64,000 nucleotides of DNA from contig PEAD01000005.1 of NCBI GenBank assembly GCA_002753335.1, positions 62,001-126,000 on the forward strand, read 5' to 3'. Every line of letters begins with the position of its first letter. Within the stretch, counting starts at the first letter, position 1. The DNA is from Nitrospirae bacterium MYbin3. Its GTDB lineage: Bacteria > Nitrospirota > Thermodesulfovibrionia > Thermodesulfovibrionales > Dissulfurispiraceae. A program made the position numbers and the translations under genes. The notes below the pieces were generated by a model, which was not told the origin of the DNA, made no database searches, and worked only from the letters and a program-made list of their open reading frames with translations. Of the stretch, positions 51,277 through 62,192 are shown in pieces.

Positions 51277-51350
51277 ATTAAGCATCTGCCGACCGCCGAA
51301 TATAGAAAATATAACAACTAAACATTGCATTAACCTTTTACAATAAAAAA

Positions 51351-52964
51351 ATGGCATACCTGGTACTTGCAAGAAAATGGCGCCCCCAGAGCTTTGATGA
51401 CCTTACAGGTCAGGAGCATATATCTCGCATACTCAAAAACACAATCACGCAAAATAAAGTTGCTCATGCTTACATCTTTTCGGGACCGAGAGGTGTAGGA
51501 AAAACAACATCTGCGAGAATCCTTTCAAAGGCTTTGAACTGCACTTCAGGCCCCACCCCTGAGCCTTGCGGGAAATGCGGTTCATGTATTGCTGTTGTTG
51601 AAGGATCTTCGATTGATGTGTCAGAAATTGACGGAGCCTCCAATACAGGCGTTGACAACATCAGGGATTTAAGGGAGCGTGTCAGATATGCACCATCAGA
51701 GAGCAAGTATAAAGTTTATATAATTGACGAAGCGCATATGTTATCAACTGCGGCCTTCAATGCTCTGCTTAAAACCCTTGAAGAACCGCCTCCGCACGTA
51801 GTATTTGTGTTGGCAACAACCGAGCCAAGGAAAATACCTGCCACAGTTTTATCCCGCTGCCAGCATCTTCCTTTCAGAAGGATCAGCAGCCAAGATATTA
51901 AAGGGCGTCTAAAATTCATAACCACAAAAGAGGGTATCGTCATATCTGAATCAGCCTTGGAAATGGTTTCGCGGGCTGCTGATGGCAGCATGAGAGATTC
52001 TCTTACTATCCTTGATCAGCTTGCCTCTTTCTCGGATAACATACTCGATTCAGATGTAATGAATATGCTCGGAATTACTGACATAAGTTCAATATCAGAC
52101 ATGACGTCAGCTCTGATAGAAGGCGATAGAAGCCGCATAATCAGGATAATAGCCGGACTGGTAGATTCAGGTATTGATATTAAAACTTACACGAGAGATA
52201 TGCTTCAATTCATAAGGAATCTGCTCGTAGCTTCTATAATCGATGACACCGAAAACATCTTAAACCTTAGCGAAGAAGAAAGCGCTGCGATAAAAGAGCT
52301 GAAAAGTGTGGCTACGCAAGAGCATGTTTCATTATTGCTTTCGGAATTCATCAAGGCAGAGCCATCGATAAGAAGCTCGTTGTATCCAAGAGTTGCTCTT
52401 GAACTCGCACTTATCCGGCTCAGTCTTTTAAGCCATTTCAAAGCAGTAAATGAGGTGCTAAAATCGCTCGGCAGCCCCTCAAAACAAACACAACCTGTAG
52501 TTGCTCCGATTAATAAACCTAGTCCGCCAACTCAAGAGTCTGAAGATATTACGGAAGTCAAAACCCATCCTGTATTAGAAACTGTAACACCTAAGACTGA
52601 AGTCAAAGCAACTATTTCGCTTTCAGATGCTTGGGGTGAAACAGTTAAGGAAATCGAAGAGAATGACTATCCGCTTGCCTCAAAATTAAAAGAATGCGTG
52701 CCAGCCTTCGGCGATAAGACAATAGCCCTGTCCCTAAACGGCGGGGCATCAATGCATGAAGAGTCTATAAAGGAAAATTTTTCGACAATCAAAAAGAGAA
52801 TATCAGAACTATCAGGAATAGACGTGGAAATAAAAATAGAAATATCAAAAATAAAAACAAAAAGCAGGAAAGATATCATCGAGGATGCAAAAAAAAACAG
52901 AGTGGTCAATGCAGCTCTTGAACTCTTTGATGGCCGTATAGGCGATGTAATTCCAAATAATTAG
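51351..52964 (+). CDS. dnaX: DNA polymerase III subunit gamma/tau
   Basis: LARKWRPQ, GPRGVGKT, EIDGASN, IIDEAHML, SRC. Confidence 0.97.
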   Translation: MAYLVLARKWRPQSFDDLTGQEHISRILKNTITQNKVAHAYIFSGPRGVGKTTSARILSKALNCTSGPTPEPCGKCGSCIAVVEGSSIDVSEIDGASNTGVDNIRDLRERVRYAPSESKYKVYIIDEAHMLSTAAFNALLKTLEEPPPHVVFVLATTEPRKIPATVLSRCQHLPFRRISSQDIKGRLKFITTKEGIVISESALEMVSRAADGSMRDSLTILDQLASFSDNILDSDVMNMLGITDISSISDMTSALIEGDRSRIIRIIAGLVDSGIDIKTYTRDMLQFIRNLLVASIIDDTENILNLSEEESAAIKELKSVATQEHVSLLLSEFIKAEPSIRSSLYPRVALELALIRLSLLSHFKAVNEVLKSLGSPSKQTQPVVAPINKPSPPTQESEDITEVKTHPVLETVTPKTEVKATISLSDAWGETVKEIEENDYPLASKLKECVPAFGDKTIALSLNGGASMHEESIKENFSTIKKRISELSGIDVEIKIEISKIKTKSRKDIIEDAKKNRVVNAALELFDGRIGDVIPNN

Positions 52965-52973
52965 GGAGGGGAT

Positions 52974-53321
52974 ATGTCAAAAAAAATGCTGGGCGATATG
53001 ATGAGGCAGGCTCAAAAACTGCAGGGTGAAATGCAGAAGATGCAGGAGGAGGCTAAAAAGAAAACAGTTGAAGCTACTGCAGGAGGAGGCATGGTCAGCG
53101 TTACTGCCAGCGGAAGCGGAGAGCTTGTATCAATAAAAATAGAGAAGGATGTTGTAAACCCAGAGGACGTTGAAATGCTGCAGGACTTGATACTGGCAGC
53201 CTCTAATGAAGCTATCAGACGTGCCCAGCAGATGGTGAATGATGAGATGTCAAAACTAACTATGGGACTGCAGATTCCGGGCATGGGGGGAATGGGAGGC
53301 TTAGGCAATCTTTTTAAATAA
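52974..53321 (+). CDS. ybaB: Nucleoid-associated protein YbaB/EbfC
   Basis: AGGGMVSV, DVEMLQDLI.AA.N; between dnaX and recR. Confidence 0.93.
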   Translation: MSKKMLGDMMRQAQKLQGEMQKMQEEAKKKTVEATAGGGMVSVTASGSGELVSIKIEKDVVNPEDVEMLQDLILAASNEAIRRAQQMVNDEMSKLTMGLQIPGMGGMGGLGNLFK

Positions 53322-53335
53322 CCAAACTTCATGAT

Positions 53336-53929
53336 ATGACACAAAACATAATTGAAAATCTCGTAAATCAACTTACAAAACTACCCGGCATCGGAAGGAA
53401 AACTGCGCAAAGGCTGGCTTTTTTCATCCTGGCTTTACCGGCAAATGATGCTAAAGAAATAGCTGCTGCGATAGTGGATGTCAAAGATAATGCACGCTTC
53501 TGCTCAAACTGCTTTAATATCACAGATGCTGACACATGCTCAATCTGCAGCGATTCATCAAGGGATAGAAATAAAATATGCGTGGTTGAAGAACCTAGCA
53601 ACGTGCTCGCCATAGAAAGAACAGGAATTTTCAAAGGTACCTATCATGTGTTATTGGGCGCCCTTTCACCGCTTGATGGGATAACTCCTGACAAACTTAA
53701 GATTAATGCACTGCTCATAAGAATTAAAGATAATCCGATAGAGGAGGTTATCTTAGCCACAAACCCAAATACAAAAGGCGAGATGACCGCAAAATACATC
53801 ACAGAAATATTAAAGCCGCTGAACATAAAAACATCCCGTATTGCCTACGGTCTGCCGATCGGCAGCGATATTGAGTTCGCGGATGAAGTGACCCTCTCCA
53901 AAGCCCTTGAAGGCCGAAGGGATCTATAA
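53336..53929 (+). CDS. recR: Recombination mediator RecR
   Basis: LPGIGRKTAQRL, C4 zinc finger, ICVVEE, SRIAYGLP. Confidence 0.97.
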   Translation: MTQNIIENLVNQLTKLPGIGRKTAQRLAFFILALPANDAKEIAAAIVDVKDNARFCSNCFNITDADTCSICSDSSRDRNKICVVEEPSNVLAIERTGIFKGTYHVLLGALSPLDGITPDKLKINALLIRIKDNPIEEVILATNPNTKGEMTAKYITEILKPLNIKTSRIAYGLPIGSDIEFADEVTLSKALEGRRDL

Positions 53930-53951
53930 CATTAATGCAGGAGAAATTCAA

Positions 53952-55631
53952 ATGAAATTTTCTCAAATACTTATACCCACTCTTAGGGAAGCGCCGTCAG
54001 ATGCCGAGGCAATTAGCCATAAGCTCATGCTGCGCGCCGGTTTTGTCCGCCAGTTGGCATCAGGATTATACATTTACCTTCCGCTCGGATGGAGGGTTAT
54101 AAATAAAATAAACAGGATCCTCAAAGAAGAAATGGATGCAATCGGAGCGCAGGAGCTATCTATGCCTGTCATGCATCCTGCCGAGATATGGCAGACAACC
54201 GGAAGGTGGAACGAGATAGGCGCTGAGATGTTCCGTCTGAAAGACAGAACTGACAGAGATATGTGCCTGGGCATGACACATGAAGAGATCATGACATGGC
54301 TTGCATCCAGAGAGATTCGATCCTACAGAGACCTCCCGCAGGTATGGTATCAGATACAGACAAAACTGAGGGATGAGGCAAGGCCTAAGAGCGGGATCCT
54401 TAGAACCAGAGAGTTTCAGATGAAAGACAGCTACAGTTTTGATGCAGACGAAAATGCACTGGACATAAACTATAAGGCTCATGCTGATGCATATCACAGG
54501 ATATTCTCTCGCTGCGGTCTGAAGTTTTATCAGGTCGAATCTGATACAGGAATGATGGGAGGTGCTGCTGCTCATGAATTCATGGCACCCAGTCAGGCAG
54601 GCGAAGATGACATCGTACTCTGCGATAAATGTGGATATGCAGCAAACGTAGAGGTAGCAAAGTCAAAAGCCTCAGACAACAAGCTTCAAGAATGGGAATA
54701 TGAAGAGATACATACCCCACAAAAGAGGACGGTCAAAGAGGTTTCTCATTTCCTAAAAATTGGACATGAATATTTTATCAAGAGCCTGCTTATGATAGCC
54801 GATACTAAACCGGTTCTTGTACTGCTTCGCGGAGATCAAGAACTCCATGAAAAGAAGCTTGCAAAGATTATCGGAAATTTCAGAGCTGCAAGCAAGGAGG
54901 AGATTTTATCTATACTTGGAGTGGAGGCCGGATTTATAGGTCCTGTAGGACATAAAATCAGGACACTTGCGGATTCATCGCTGATGACAGGAACTTATAT
55001 CAGCGGTGCAAACAAATCCGACTATCACACCAGGGGGATAAAAGCTGGCGTGCAGTTCAATGCGGAATGGAACGACCTACATGCAGCTAAAGAAGGCGAT
55101 CAATGCCTGAATTGCAATACCCCCCTTCGCATAGAGAAGGCTATAGAAATAGGAAATATCTTCAAACTGGGGACAAAATATTCGGTCCCATTAAAGGCCG
55201 TTTTTCTAGATAATAACGGTAATGAAAAACCTATTGTCATGGGAAGCTACGGGATAGGCCCGGCAAGAATAGCTGCCGCTGCTGTGGAACAAAACAACGA
55301 CAAAGACGGAATAATTTGGCCCAAAAGTATAGCGCCCTTTGATGTTGAAATAATTCCATTGAATGTAACAGACGAAAAAACAAAAGAAGTGACAGAAATG
55401 ATCTACAAAGGACTTGTTACCGAAAAATTGGAAGTGCTAGTGGATGACAGGAACGAAAGACCGGGCGTGAAGTTCAAAGACGCCGATTTAATAGGCATCC
55501 CTATTCAGGTCGTAATCGGAGAAAAGGGGTTAAAAGAAGGGATTGTTGAAGTAAAAGACAGAATGACTAAGCAGACAGAGAAGATAGCGGTTGAAAATGC
55601 AGTTGCAAAAATTATTTCATTTGCACCTTAA
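53952..55631 (+). CDS. proS: Prolyl-tRNA synthetase
   Basis: SHKLMLRAG, RDEARP..G..R.REF.MKD.YSF, EIGNIFKLG, DADLIG; ATG 53952 after AGGAG. Confidence 0.96.
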   Translation: MKFSQILIPTLREAPSDAEAISHKLMLRAGFVRQLASGLYIYLPLGWRVINKINRILKEEMDAIGAQELSMPVMHPAEIWQTTGRWNEIGAEMFRLKDRTDRDMCLGMTHEEIMTWLASREIRSYRDLPQVWYQIQTKLRDEARPKSGILRTREFQMKDSYSFDADENALDINYKAHADAYHRIFSRCGLKFYQVESDTGMMGGAAAHEFMAPSQAGEDDIVLCDKCGYAANVEVAKSKASDNKLQEWEYEEIHTPQKRTVKEVSHFLKIGHEYFIKSLLMIADTKPVLVLLRGDQELHEKKLAKIIGNFRAASKEEILSILGVEAGFIGPVGHKIRTLADSSLMTGTYISGANKSDYHTRGIKAGVQFNAEWNDLHAAKEGDQCLNCNTPLRIEKAIEIGNIFKLGTKYSVPLKAVFLDNNGNEKPIVMGSYGIGPARIAAAAVEQNNDKDGIIWPKSIAPFDVEIIPLNVTDEKTKEVTEMIYKGLVTEKLEVLVDDRNERPGVKFKDADLIGIPIQVVIGEKGLKEGIVEVKDRMTKQTEKIAVENAVAKIISFAP

Positions 55632-55633
55632 AA

Positions 55634-56863
55634 CTAAGAAAACTTCTTAAACGAGGCATATCTTTTTATAGACTCAAATCGTTCGCGGCTTTCTGGAGAA
55701 TTCGATGATTTCTCAAAATATTCCATAAAGAAAACCGCGATCAACGAAAAGACAAATCCTGCTGTAGCACCAAACATAACCATCTGCCTTCTTTTGGGTT
55801 TTATTCTTTCCTCAGGAGGGATCGCTTTTTCGAGTACCTGAATAAGGGCGGGTTCCCTTGACTCATCAATCTTTGCGGCTTCATATTGTTTAAACATCAA
55901 CTCATAAAGTGTCTCGCTATATTTGAGATTCCGCTTTTTCCTCATCGCCTCTGTGCCCAAAGAAGCCCTTCCGCGCGAATTTAACATCGGCTCATAATTG
56001 GCTGTTCCTTCACCCTCAAGTTTTTTCAGCTGTTCCTTCAATCCCTTTATCTCATTTTCTACCATAAGATATTCAGGATTCTGCTCTGTAGAATAAGTTT
56101 TCATCACTCTTAGCTGAACTTCTTTTGCGGTAATATGAGCCCTCATACTGCCTACTCCATCATCAGCAGAAGCTCCTTTCTCACCAGCACCACCGGCTTC
56201 CATCCCCCCGGGTTTACTCATAAAGTTTCTCATATCTTCTTCAGCACTGACAAGTGATTTTTGTGCGTCTTTTAACTGCTCTTCAAAGAAAAGCCTCTTT
56301 TTAGATGCCTCTGTTATAGCTATTCCCTTTTGATACTCCTTGAACTCCTCAACAGAAATATTAACTATATCAGCAGCCCATTTAGGGTCATTATCTTCAA
56401 CCGCGACAATAAGCATTCCGCTTTTTTTATCCTCGCTGGTCTGCAGAGTTGCAATAAGTGAATTTCTTACTTTCTCACGACTCTTTCCTTTGTGAACATC
56501 CATAAGCTTACATCTGTCAATAATCCGGTCAAGCACCGCCCTGCTCTTAAGTATAGAAAAATACAACTCTGACGGAGTTTTTGCCCCCACACCTCCGCCT
56601 ATCATCATTGCGGCGACTGCTGCACCTCCAGGCCCCATCTGACTCATAATCTGAGTAGGAGATGAACTTGACTGGGGAGGCAAGATTTTAACTTCCGCCC
56701 TGTATATTGATGGCAATAAAAAACTGATTATTGCGGTCATTACGGCAGTACTTAAAGTTATACCGACAATTAATCTCTTTCGCTTTAACAGAACTATGAT
56801 GATATCAAAGAAATTTATTTCAGACTCATCCTGCTTGACCTGTTTATTATCCAATTCCATCAC
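55634..56863 (-). CDS. Wzz/GumC-like polysaccharide co-polymerase (chain-length regulator)
   Basis: EINFFDII, TM, coiled coil, A.PPEERIKPKR plus second TM. Confidence 0.85.
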   Translation of the reverse strand: MMELDNKQVKQDESEINFFDIIIVLLKRKRLIVGITLSTAVMTAIISFLLPSIYRAEVKILPPQSSSSPTQIMSQMGPGGAAVAAMMIGGGVGAKTPSELYFSILKSRAVLDRIIDRCKLMDVHKGKSREKVRNSLIATLQTSEDKKSGMLIVAVEDNDPKWAADIVNISVEEFKEYQKGIAITEASKKRLFFEEQLKDAQKSLVSAEEDMRNFMSKPGGMEAGGAGEKGASADDGVGSMRAHITAKEVQLRVMKTYSTEQNPEYLMVENEIKGLKEQLKKLEGEGTANYEPMLNSRGRASLGTEAMRKKRNLKYSETLYELMFKQYEAAKIDESREPALIQVLEKAIPPEERIKPKRRQMVMFGATAGFVFSLIAVFFMEYFEKSSNSPESRERFESIKRYASFKKFS

Positions 56864-56865
56864 CT

Positions 56866-59349
56866 TTATTTCTTAAAAATTGTCCAGATTACACCAGTTG
56901 TAACGGCCATATTCATAAGTATCTGGGATACATCCCTTATATTACGCAGCCAAGCTACACTGGTAAATTTCTCGGGCACCACAATGCTATCTCCCGGATT
57001 TATCTCACGAGATTCATTTTCGAATCCTTCAAACTCCCATCTGTCCCTGCCTGAATTCCAAGACAATATGCCTCTTGATAGCCTTCTCGCACTTCCATCA
57101 GCTCTCAAGACATACGCATTGCCGTCATCCGCAAACCTGCTGTAACCTCCGCTCAAATCAATATAATCCTTATAGTCCAACTTCTCAGAATAAACAAAAC
57201 TCCCCTGAGACATTACGGCACCAACAACATTAACAACACTGCTCCTCTGCGGTATATAAAGAGTATCGTTTTCTTCAAGTTCAAAATCATGCTCGCTGCC
57301 CTTCAAAAGCCTTAAATGAGCAAGCTTAATAGACATTCTGCCCGAAGCTTTCAACTTTCGTAACGATTCTATAAACTTCTGCTTTTGTTCCGCTTCGGCC
57401 CTTTTTGCCTGGATCTCCTCTGCAGAAACTGCCGTTGATATTTCTGATGCACCGCCAACTGTCAATTCCCTTTCGATCCTCATAGCCATCTCGTCAAGAC
57501 CCTTCTGCTGGAGCTCCCTCACGCTCTGGCGCAAAAATACAGCGCCTTTAAGATATGCATCAGTTGTGTATCCACCCGCTCTTTCAAGAAGAGACGTCAA
57601 CTTCTCCCCCTTCTTCACAACATAAGTCCCTGGAAACTTAACTTCGCCCGAAATAGAAACTTTTCTCTGCATCTGCCAATCAGGAGTTGTGCGGATAAAT
57701 AAATAATCGTTTTCGGTAAGTTTGCGATTATGCGCTGGGTCTCCTGCAAGCGCTTTTTCGATATTCACGATAAATTTTTCTGGAGTTGTCCCTTTATCTG
57801 TAATCGCAACTCTGGATAGTTCAGCCTCTTTGGGATAGGCATAATACTTCAGTCCTCCAGCCATGTTAACAAGGTCTCGAACCGTCATATCCTTCTTTAA
57901 GCCATATTCACCTACCCTCTGCACAGCTCCGAAAATCTTTACTGTCCTCTTATCCTGAACAACAGGATAAACCTTTACCACATCACCTGACTGCACCTTG
58001 ATCCCTTTTGCCTCATCAAGAGATGATTCCATGACAGTCTGACGAGAGTTGTCAATAATTCTTTCGATCTGCACACTACCCTTAGAGGCAACATCACTAA
58101 GGCCACCGGCAAGATCTATCAACTGCGCAATAGTAGTTTCTTCCTTCAGTTCGTATACAGCAGGATTATTCACACTGCCTGCCATGCCAACAAGAGGGCC
58201 TGAAGGAGGAATGAAGATCACATCCTCAGGCATAAGTTTTATATCCTTGGATTTATCACCTCGTATAAGAAAATCATACATGTCAAAACTCACCACAGTC
58301 TTGCCATTACGTTTTAGCTGAATGTCCCTCATACTTCCTGTCTTGGCCGGTCCGAAGGCCTGAAATATAGCATTTACTAAGGTTGAAAGAGATGAGACAG
58401 TATATGCACCAGGCCTGTTAGCGCTGCCGGTTACATATATCTTTATTGTCCTCAGATTCCCCATGCTGACATTCATCTGGAAATTTGTAAAATATTTCGA
58501 AAACTCTTTGTGCAAGACATCCTTCAGTTCCTTAAAATTGAGTCCTGCAACACCTATAGTTCCTATTTTGGCAAACGTAATTTTACCGTCCCTTTCAACT
58601 GTGACGGTCTGCTCCCCTTCGATCATACCCCAGAGACTTATTTTTATTTCATCACCGGGACCAATAACATAATCCGGTCCGACAGGTGCATTGTATGAAG
58701 ATTTCAACGCAAATGAAGGGCGAGTGAACATATCATATCCGAACTGCTTAATCTCGCGGGAAACATCAAACGGAGTCTTTATGCCTACAAGCTTGAAGGC
58801 AGCAGCAATCCTGTCCCTTGAGCCTATAAAATATCCGGCATCTATTAATATTGCAGCCTCTTTAGATATTTCGAAGCCTGTAATTTGTGTCTTCAAATCC
58901 TCTTTGTTAATATCACCTGACTTTAATTTGTCCAATTGTTCAGCTTTGGTATCAAGCTTCTTTGTGACCTTCATGATTCTTACGGGAACAGAAATGTATT
59001 CTGCAGGCAGGCTTTTAGTGGAATATTGAAATGAAATGTCATCAAACTTTTTAAGAACATCAAACTGAAACTCATCTATTTCTATGGGTTTGTCTGATAT
59101 AAAGGCTTCAAACTCTGATTGTTTATCTTGCATGAAATCAGGCATAGTAATTTCATCTTTAGAAGGCATTTGAGGCATCATAACAGGCGCTTGCGGCATA
59201 AGGATAACGCCTCCTCCGCCTTGATTGCCAGATTGAAATGCAGGACCAAATGGCGACATCTGGTTTTGTACAGCAAAAACAACATCAGCAAAAATAAGCT
59301 GTATGCTGATTACCAGAACCAGCATAATATTAGAAAACAGTTTAATCAT
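56866..59349 (-). CDS. Polysaccharide export protein with multiple SLBB domains (Wza/KpsD-like)
   Basis: QFGY, DYVIGPGDEI, repeated G.V..PG.Y SLBB units. Confidence 0.88.
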   Translation of the reverse strand: MIKLFSNIMLVLVISIQLIFADVVFAVQNQMSPFGPAFQSGNQGGGGVILMPQAPVMMPQMPSKDEITMPDFMQDKQSEFEAFISDKPIEIDEFQFDVLKKFDDISFQYSTKSLPAEYISVPVRIMKVTKKLDTKAEQLDKLKSGDINKEDLKTQITGFEISKEAAILIDAGYFIGSRDRIAAAFKLVGIKTPFDVSREIKQFGYDMFTRPSFALKSSYNAPVGPDYVIGPGDEIKISLWGMIEGEQTVTVERDGKITFAKIGTIGVAGLNFKELKDVLHKEFSKYFTNFQMNVSMGNLRTIKIYVTGSANRPGAYTVSSLSTLVNAIFQAFGPAKTGSMRDIQLKRNGKTVVSFDMYDFLIRGDKSKDIKLMPEDVIFIPPSGPLVGMAGSVNNPAVYELKEETTIAQLIDLAGGLSDVASKGSVQIERIIDNSRQTVMESSLDEAKGIKVQSGDVVKVYPVVQDKRTVKIFGAVQRVGEYGLKKDMTVRDLVNMAGGLKYYAYPKEAELSRVAITDKGTTPEKFIVNIEKALAGDPAHNRKLTENDYLFIRTTPDWQMQRKVSISGEVKFPGTYVVKKGEKLTSLLERAGGYTTDAYLKGAVFLRQSVRELQQKGLDEMAMRIERELTVGGASEISTAVSAEEIQAKRAEAEQKQKFIESLRKLKASGRMSIKLAHLRLLKGSEHDFELEENDTLYIPQRSSVVNVVGAVMSQGSFVYSEKLDYKDYIDLSGGYSRFADDGNAYVLRADGSARRLSRGILSWNSGRDRWEFEGFENESREINPGDSIVVPEKFTSVAWLRNIRDVSQILMNMAVTTGVIWTIFKK

Positions 59350-59428
59350 CTAAAAGTGCCCCCTTTAATAACAACTTAACTTTAAATTATATACGTTTCA
59401 TTGAACTTATTACAAAAACTTATGAAAT

Positions 59429-60445
59429 TCAAAAAACCTTTGCACCGAACCTTACAATATGCCTGTATATAAAAATATACATTGCGGCATATAAAAGAAT
59501 CAGTATAGCTAACGCATATGTATTAGTTTTGAGCAAAAAAGCAACTATGTTTACAGCAAACACGCAAGGCAAGATATAAACAGAGGTTCGCGGATTGCTT
59601 TTGGTCAATCTCATATATATTAAACTATGAAGATGTATTCTGTCGGCTCTCAATGGAGAATGACTTCTCTTAATCTTTCTTCTGTATATAGAAAAAAGGA
59701 CCTCAAATATAGGGTATATTAAAACAGCAACAGGGAAAAGAGGTGACACCTGTGGAATTCGATTAATAATAAGGATCGAAATTGCCACAAGTATAAAACC
59801 TATATAGTAAGCCCCACCATCACCCAAAAATATCCGGCCCTTAGGAAAATTCAGCACAAAAAAACCTGCAATAGCAGCTGCAGAAAAAACAGATACATTA
59901 AAAAGAAAATAATTCTCATAAACTAATGCCACCAAAATAAAAAATATGAGGGCAATTATCGAGACTCCTGAAGCAAGTCCATTGAAGCCGTCTATAATAT
60001 TAATCGCATTTGTAACACCCGTAATTGCAAAAATACTGAAAGGTACAGCGGCCCACAAAGGCAGTCGAAACAAACCGGTATCGTAAATAATAGTGTCAAG
60101 CAAAATAATCGAGAGCACCGCACCGAGCGCCATTATAAAAAGCCTAAACTTAGGTGTAATGTTTGCTCTCATATCTTCATAAAGGCCTGCAAAAAAAGCG
60201 GGCGATGCCGCTGCCAGAATACACAACCCGTCAATACCAGCAAAACTCAAGCTTATTGCAGAAGATATGAATATACCTATCCCCCCTGCCCTTGATGTAG
60301 GAATATCATGAAATCTTTGTGGCTTATCATCCTTTGAGCAATCTATACAAAACTCTGTATGCTTGGAAAGCCTTAATACGAGGAGTTGAATAGCCCCCGA
60401 CAACAAAAAAGGAAATACGAACATGATTAGGAAATTTATCGCCAT
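59429..60445 (-). CDS. WecA/MraY-family undecaprenyl-phosphate sugar-phosphate transferase
   Basis: NAINIIDGFNGL, FLGDGG, HLH. Confidence 0.88.
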   Translation of the reverse strand: MAINFLIMFVFPFLLSGAIQLLVLRLSKHTEFCIDCSKDDKPQRFHDIPTSRAGGIGIFISSAISLSFAGIDGLCILAAASPAFFAGLYEDMRANITPKFRLFIMALGAVLSIILLDTIIYDTGLFRLPLWAAVPFSIFAITGVTNAINIIDGFNGLASGVSIIALIFFILVALVYENYFLFNVSVFSAAAIAGFFVLNFPKGRIFLGDGGAYYIGFILVAISILIINRIPQVSPLFPVAVLIYPIFEVLFSIYRRKIKRSHSPLRADRIHLHSLIYMRLTKSNPRTSVYILPCVFAVNIVAFLLKTNTYALAILILLYAAMYIFIYRHIVRFGAKVF

Positions 60446-60465
60446 AGAATATTTAAGAATTTCGA

Positions 60466-61782
60466 TTAAAGCCTCCAGTATAAAAACCCAGCATCTTCAG
60501 CTTGCTTAGGATCATAAAATGATTTTATATCGATCAAAACAGCAGGAGAACCATTGGATAGGGATTTTAGTTTTGCAAAATCCAAACTTTCAATAAATGG
60601 CTTATGTTTAACACCAAGAACAATCGCATCGTAAGGACTGAAAGCATCCATAGTTTGAATCAAATTAATGCCATATTCACTTCGAACCTCATCCTCATAC
60701 GCAAAAGGATCGTAAACATGCACACTAATACCGTACTCTCTGAGTTCATGAACCACATTTATCAGCTTGGTGTTTCTAATATCCGATATATTTTCTTTAA
60801 ACGTCAATCCAAGCAGCAAAATTTTGCTTCCTTTAACCGGCTTACCAGCTTCGATAATTTTTTTTACGGTATGCTCAGCAACAAACTTCCCCATATTGTC
60901 ATTGATTCTTCTTCCTGCAAGAATAACCTGTGGATGGTAGCCCAAGCCTTCAGCCTTAAAGGTAAGATAGTATGGGTCAACCCCTATACAATGTCCCCCA
61001 ACAAGCCCAGGCTCAAACCTCAAGAAATTCCATTTTGTTGCTGCAGCATCAAGAACGTCTTTAGTATCAATACCCATCTTGTTAAAAATCACTGCTAACT
61101 CGTTCATTAAAGCTATGTTCAAATCCCTCTGAGTGTTCTCTATTACCTTAGCAGCTTCAGCAGTCTTAATGTTAGGAGCTTTATGCACCCCCGCAGTTAT
61201 AACAGCTCCATAAAGCTGAGCTATAAAATCTGTTATCTCTGGAGTATCTCCAGAAACAACCTTTTTGATCTTGTCAATCGTATGCTCTTTATCACCAGGA
61301 TTGACTCTTTCCGGAGAGTATCCAACATTAAAATCCTTTTTCCACTTGAGACCGCTTTCTTTCTCTAGTATAGGTATGCATTCCTCTTCCGTAAGTCCAG
61401 GATAGACTGTGGACTCAAAAATAACAACAGACCCCTTTCTTATATTTCTGCCTACCTTTGTTGTAGCTGAACGCATAGGTCTGAGATCAGGTGTTTTGTG
61501 TTCATCTATGGGCGTGGGAACAGTTACTACAATAACGGAAGCCTCCGCAATAAGCGAAGCGTCGTCAGTAAAACCAATGCTTGACTGCAAAAGCTCATCC
61601 TTAGTTATCTCTCTTGTTCTGTCAAAGCCTTTTTTAAGCTCTTCTATACGCTCACTATTTATATCAAATCCTGTCACAGCAAATTTACTATTAAATAAAA
61701 CAGCCAGCGGCAACCCAACATAACCCAATCCTACAACACATATTCTTTTCTCTTTGTTTATAACATCTTCAATTATCAGCAA
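60466..61782 (-). CDS. UDP-N-acetylhexosamine dehydrogenase (WbpO/TviB-like)
   Basis: GLGYVGLP, ESTVYPG, SPERVNPG, KVIENTQRD, GGHCIGVDP. Confidence 0.9.
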   Translation of the reverse strand: MLIIEDVINKEKRICVVGLGYVGLPLAVLFNSKFAVTGFDINSERIEELKKGFDRTREITKDELLQSSIGFTDDASLIAEASVIVVTVPTPIDEHKTPDLRPMRSATTKVGRNIRKGSVVIFESTVYPGLTEEECIPILEKESGLKWKKDFNVGYSPERVNPGDKEHTIDKIKKVVSGDTPEITDFIAQLYGAVITAGVHKAPNIKTAEAAKVIENTQRDLNIALMNELAVIFNKMGIDTKDVLDAAATKWNFLRFEPGLVGGHCIGVDPYYLTFKAEGLGYHPQVILAGRRINDNMGKFVAEHTVKKIIEAGKPVKGSKILLLGLTFKENISDIRNTKLINVVHELREYGISVHVYDPFAYEDEVRSEYGINLIQTMDAFSPYDAIVLGVKHKPFIESLDFAKLKSLSNGSPAVLIDIKSFYDPKQAEDAGFLYWRL

Positions 61783-61793
61783 AATCTTCTCCT

Positions 61794-62192
61794 TTAAATA
61801 ACAGATTTAAAACCTTGATCTTTAAAATGCTTATCAACAGTAAAAACATTCCTTAATGCAAGCTTTCTCATAGTCTCAAAGCTCACGCAATCAACAAGGC
61901 TAAGTTTTTTTCTACCTGTGGCGAGTAAAGCGCTTACTCCCATCTTATGGCTGATTTCATCAACCCACTCAACATGTATAAGCGGCAATATATCTTCTTG
62001 AAAAGCTCTAACTGCGGCCATGCCAAGGCGACTCTGCACAAGTGCAAACGTTTCAACCAAAATATAATTATTGGTTATAAGATTAGTTCTGTCTGATATC
62101 ATTTTTATCCATACTTCTTTCGCCCTTACATGCATATCGTCATCAGCATTAAGCACAGCGATAAACCCGGAAGTATCGATAAATATATTCAT
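61794..62192 (-). CDS. vapC: PIN-domain toxin (VapC family)
   Basis: IFIDTS, LVET, SLVDCVS, FT.D.HF...GF. Confidence 0.85.
   Translation of the reverse strand: MNIFIDTSGFIAVLNADDDMHVRAKEVWIKMISDRTNLITNNYILVETFALVQSRLGMAAVRAFQEDILPLIHVEWVDEISHKMGVSALLATGRKKLSLVDCVSFETMRKLALRNVFTVDKHFKDQGFKSVI

Noticed and set aside
52889..52897. A9 run in dnaX as a gamma-generating slippage site
   Set aside because: It lies about 22 codons from the C-terminus, not after domain III; no slippery site was seen in the linker
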